A stretch of 35,981 nt of DNA from a virus: the UHGV virus genome UHGV-0263263; one strand, 5' to 3'. The notes under the pieces were generated by a model. The model was not told the origin of the DNA. It saw nothing but the letters and a program-made list of their open reading frames with translations, and did no database searches. Shown piece after piece: positions 35,128 through 35,981 of the stretch. The translations under genes and the position numbers were made by a program. Position 1 is the stretch's first letter. Each line of letters begins with the position of its first letter.

Positions 35128-35981
35128 TCATTCTATATTTATATTCTTATCATATGTTAAAATGAAGACATTACAAACATATTCTATTGAATGGGGAGTT
35201 CCAAACTCGGTTTTTACTATGTTAACCTGAGTATCGTCAGGTAATATAAAAAAATTGTTTCCTTTGTTGTACCATTCATTGTTTGTAAGCCATCTATCTC
35301 TTACAACCTTACCATTTTCAAACTTAATGTTAGCAATTTTTAAAGTTGAGTCTATGCCGACTGAGTTTGTATAGTCAAAGGTGGCATACCCAAACTCCCC
35401 GCCACTTTGTTTTATCTTTTCGCTTATGCAAGCAAACTGATCGTGCTTCTCATTTGATTCTTGTATGTTTATTGTTGAAACTCCAGATGCCATTCCAGCA
35501 AAAAATACGGAAAGAAGTATATATTTATTTTCATATTTTTCTCTTGATACAAAAATTACTAGCATTAAATATACAGGCACAAGGTATCTAATAGTCCAAA
35601 TATTTCTAGGTAGGTTGCTTCCGACATATGCCGCCAACATAAGCACAATTGAAGAAATTATCAGTATATCAGTGAATGATAAACATCTAAATCTTAATGC
35701 CCTTTTAGCGGCAAAATAGATAAGAGCAAGGAAACCTAAAAACCTAGAAAATATAGAAAATGTGTCATAGGATAACTTTAATGGCTGCCCAAATATGTTG
35801 GCATTAAAGAATAGTAATGTACCCTGTATGGCTGTATTTATGTTGTTTGATATGTTCTCATACGTCACCACCCTTATGTCGTTTATTCCAGGTAAGTGGA
35901 ACCCGTTTTGCACTGAAAATCCATATTTAATAAGTTTTGATATCAAAATTGATACCACAGCACTAAATGCTAGCGTTAAAT
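35128..35981 (-). CDS. gtrC: GtrC-family glucosyltransferase, C-terminal part (last TM segments plus periplasmic domain); open to the window end
   Basis: No in-frame stop between the listed GTG (35958) and the window end. Frame and composition are continuous with the minus ORF at 1..607. Joining the two gives a 486-aa polytopic protein with a C-terminal soluble domain. Confidence 0.55.
   Translation of the reverse strand, partial: LTLAFSAVVSILISKLIKYGFSVQNGFHLPGINDIRVVTYENISNNINTAIQGTLLFFNANIFGQPLKLSYDTFSIFSRFLGFLALIYFAAKRALRFRCLSFTDILIISSIVLMLAAYVGSNLPRNIWTIRYLVPVYLMLVIFVSREKYENKYILLSVFFAGMASGVSTINIQESNEKHDQFACISEKIKQSGGEFGYATFDYTNSVGIDSTLKIANIKFENGKVVRDRWLTNNEWYNKGNNFFILPDDTQVNIVKTEFGTPHSIEYVCNVFILTYDKNINIE

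Larger units (their letters stand above)
1..35981. mobile_element. Temperate podovirus-like phage genome (T7-like virion module plus P4-like int/primase plus lambdoid immunity), apparently circularly permuted or complete
   Basis: Contiguous phage modules on both strands. attP-like site with arm repeats on both sides of a core. No recognisable host housekeeping genes. Terminal ORFs join in frame across the window boundary. Confidence 0.7.

Noticed and set aside
1-35981. T7-like single-subunit RNA polymerase gene and T7-type 23-bp phage promoters
   Set aside because: No ORF of about 880 aa with RNAP motifs exists; the only ORFs over 700 aa are the polymerase, primase and core proteins. Late control appears to be host-RNAP based through the 16-bp element.

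Overview
The whole window reads as one temperate phage genome, probably circularly permuted; no host genes are visible. It has three parts. (i) An integration and early-left module: an intact-looking attP with repeated arm-type sites and a core inverted repeat, a P4-family tyrosine integrase, and a long minus-strand operon. That operon encodes AlpA-like, SNF2 helicase, VRR-NUC, HNH-AP2, a T7-like family-A DNA polymerase, a gp2.5-like SSB, a Cas4-like PD-(D/E)XK exonuclease and unknowns. It is driven by a sigma70 PL-like promoter whose leader carries an rrn-type boxA and an intrinsic terminator ahead of the first gene. (ii) A lambdoid immunity switch and rightward operon: CI-like LexA-fold repressor, divergent Cro-like gene with palindromic operators, then a prim-pol/P-loop primase-helicase, an iteron/AT-rich origin, a small HTH protein and a T7-like virion module. 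The virion module runs gp6.7-like, portal, scaffold, capsid, tail tubular A and B, a GNAT acetyltransferase where gp13 normally sits, internal core proteins including an SLT-domain protein, an AT-rich signal-peptide moron, TerS and TerL. No phage RNA polymerase is present. (iii) A host-range and conversion cassette: a tailspike with a conserved T7 gp17-like N-terminus and a low-GC beta-helix C-terminus interrupted by an in-frame TAA, a convergent low-GC gtrC-gtrB-gtrA O-antigen glucosylation operon, and a P21-type pinholin, SAR-endolysin, Rz/Rz1 lysis cassette. gtrC appears split across the window boundary, its two halves being in frame with each other. The most striking signal is a 16-bp hairpin/palindrome, GGTCGGGATTCCGACC, seen five times in the same orientation. 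Each copy lies 45-165 bp upstream of the first gene of a plus-strand late module (lysis, head, capsid, terminase, tailspike). It is proposed as a dedicated late-control element, either an activator site or a boxB-like RNA hairpin, for a phage that lacks its own RNA polymerase. All gene and domain assignments rest on my recognition of the translated motifs and synteny, with no database searches; no tRNA, CRISPR array or IS element was seen.
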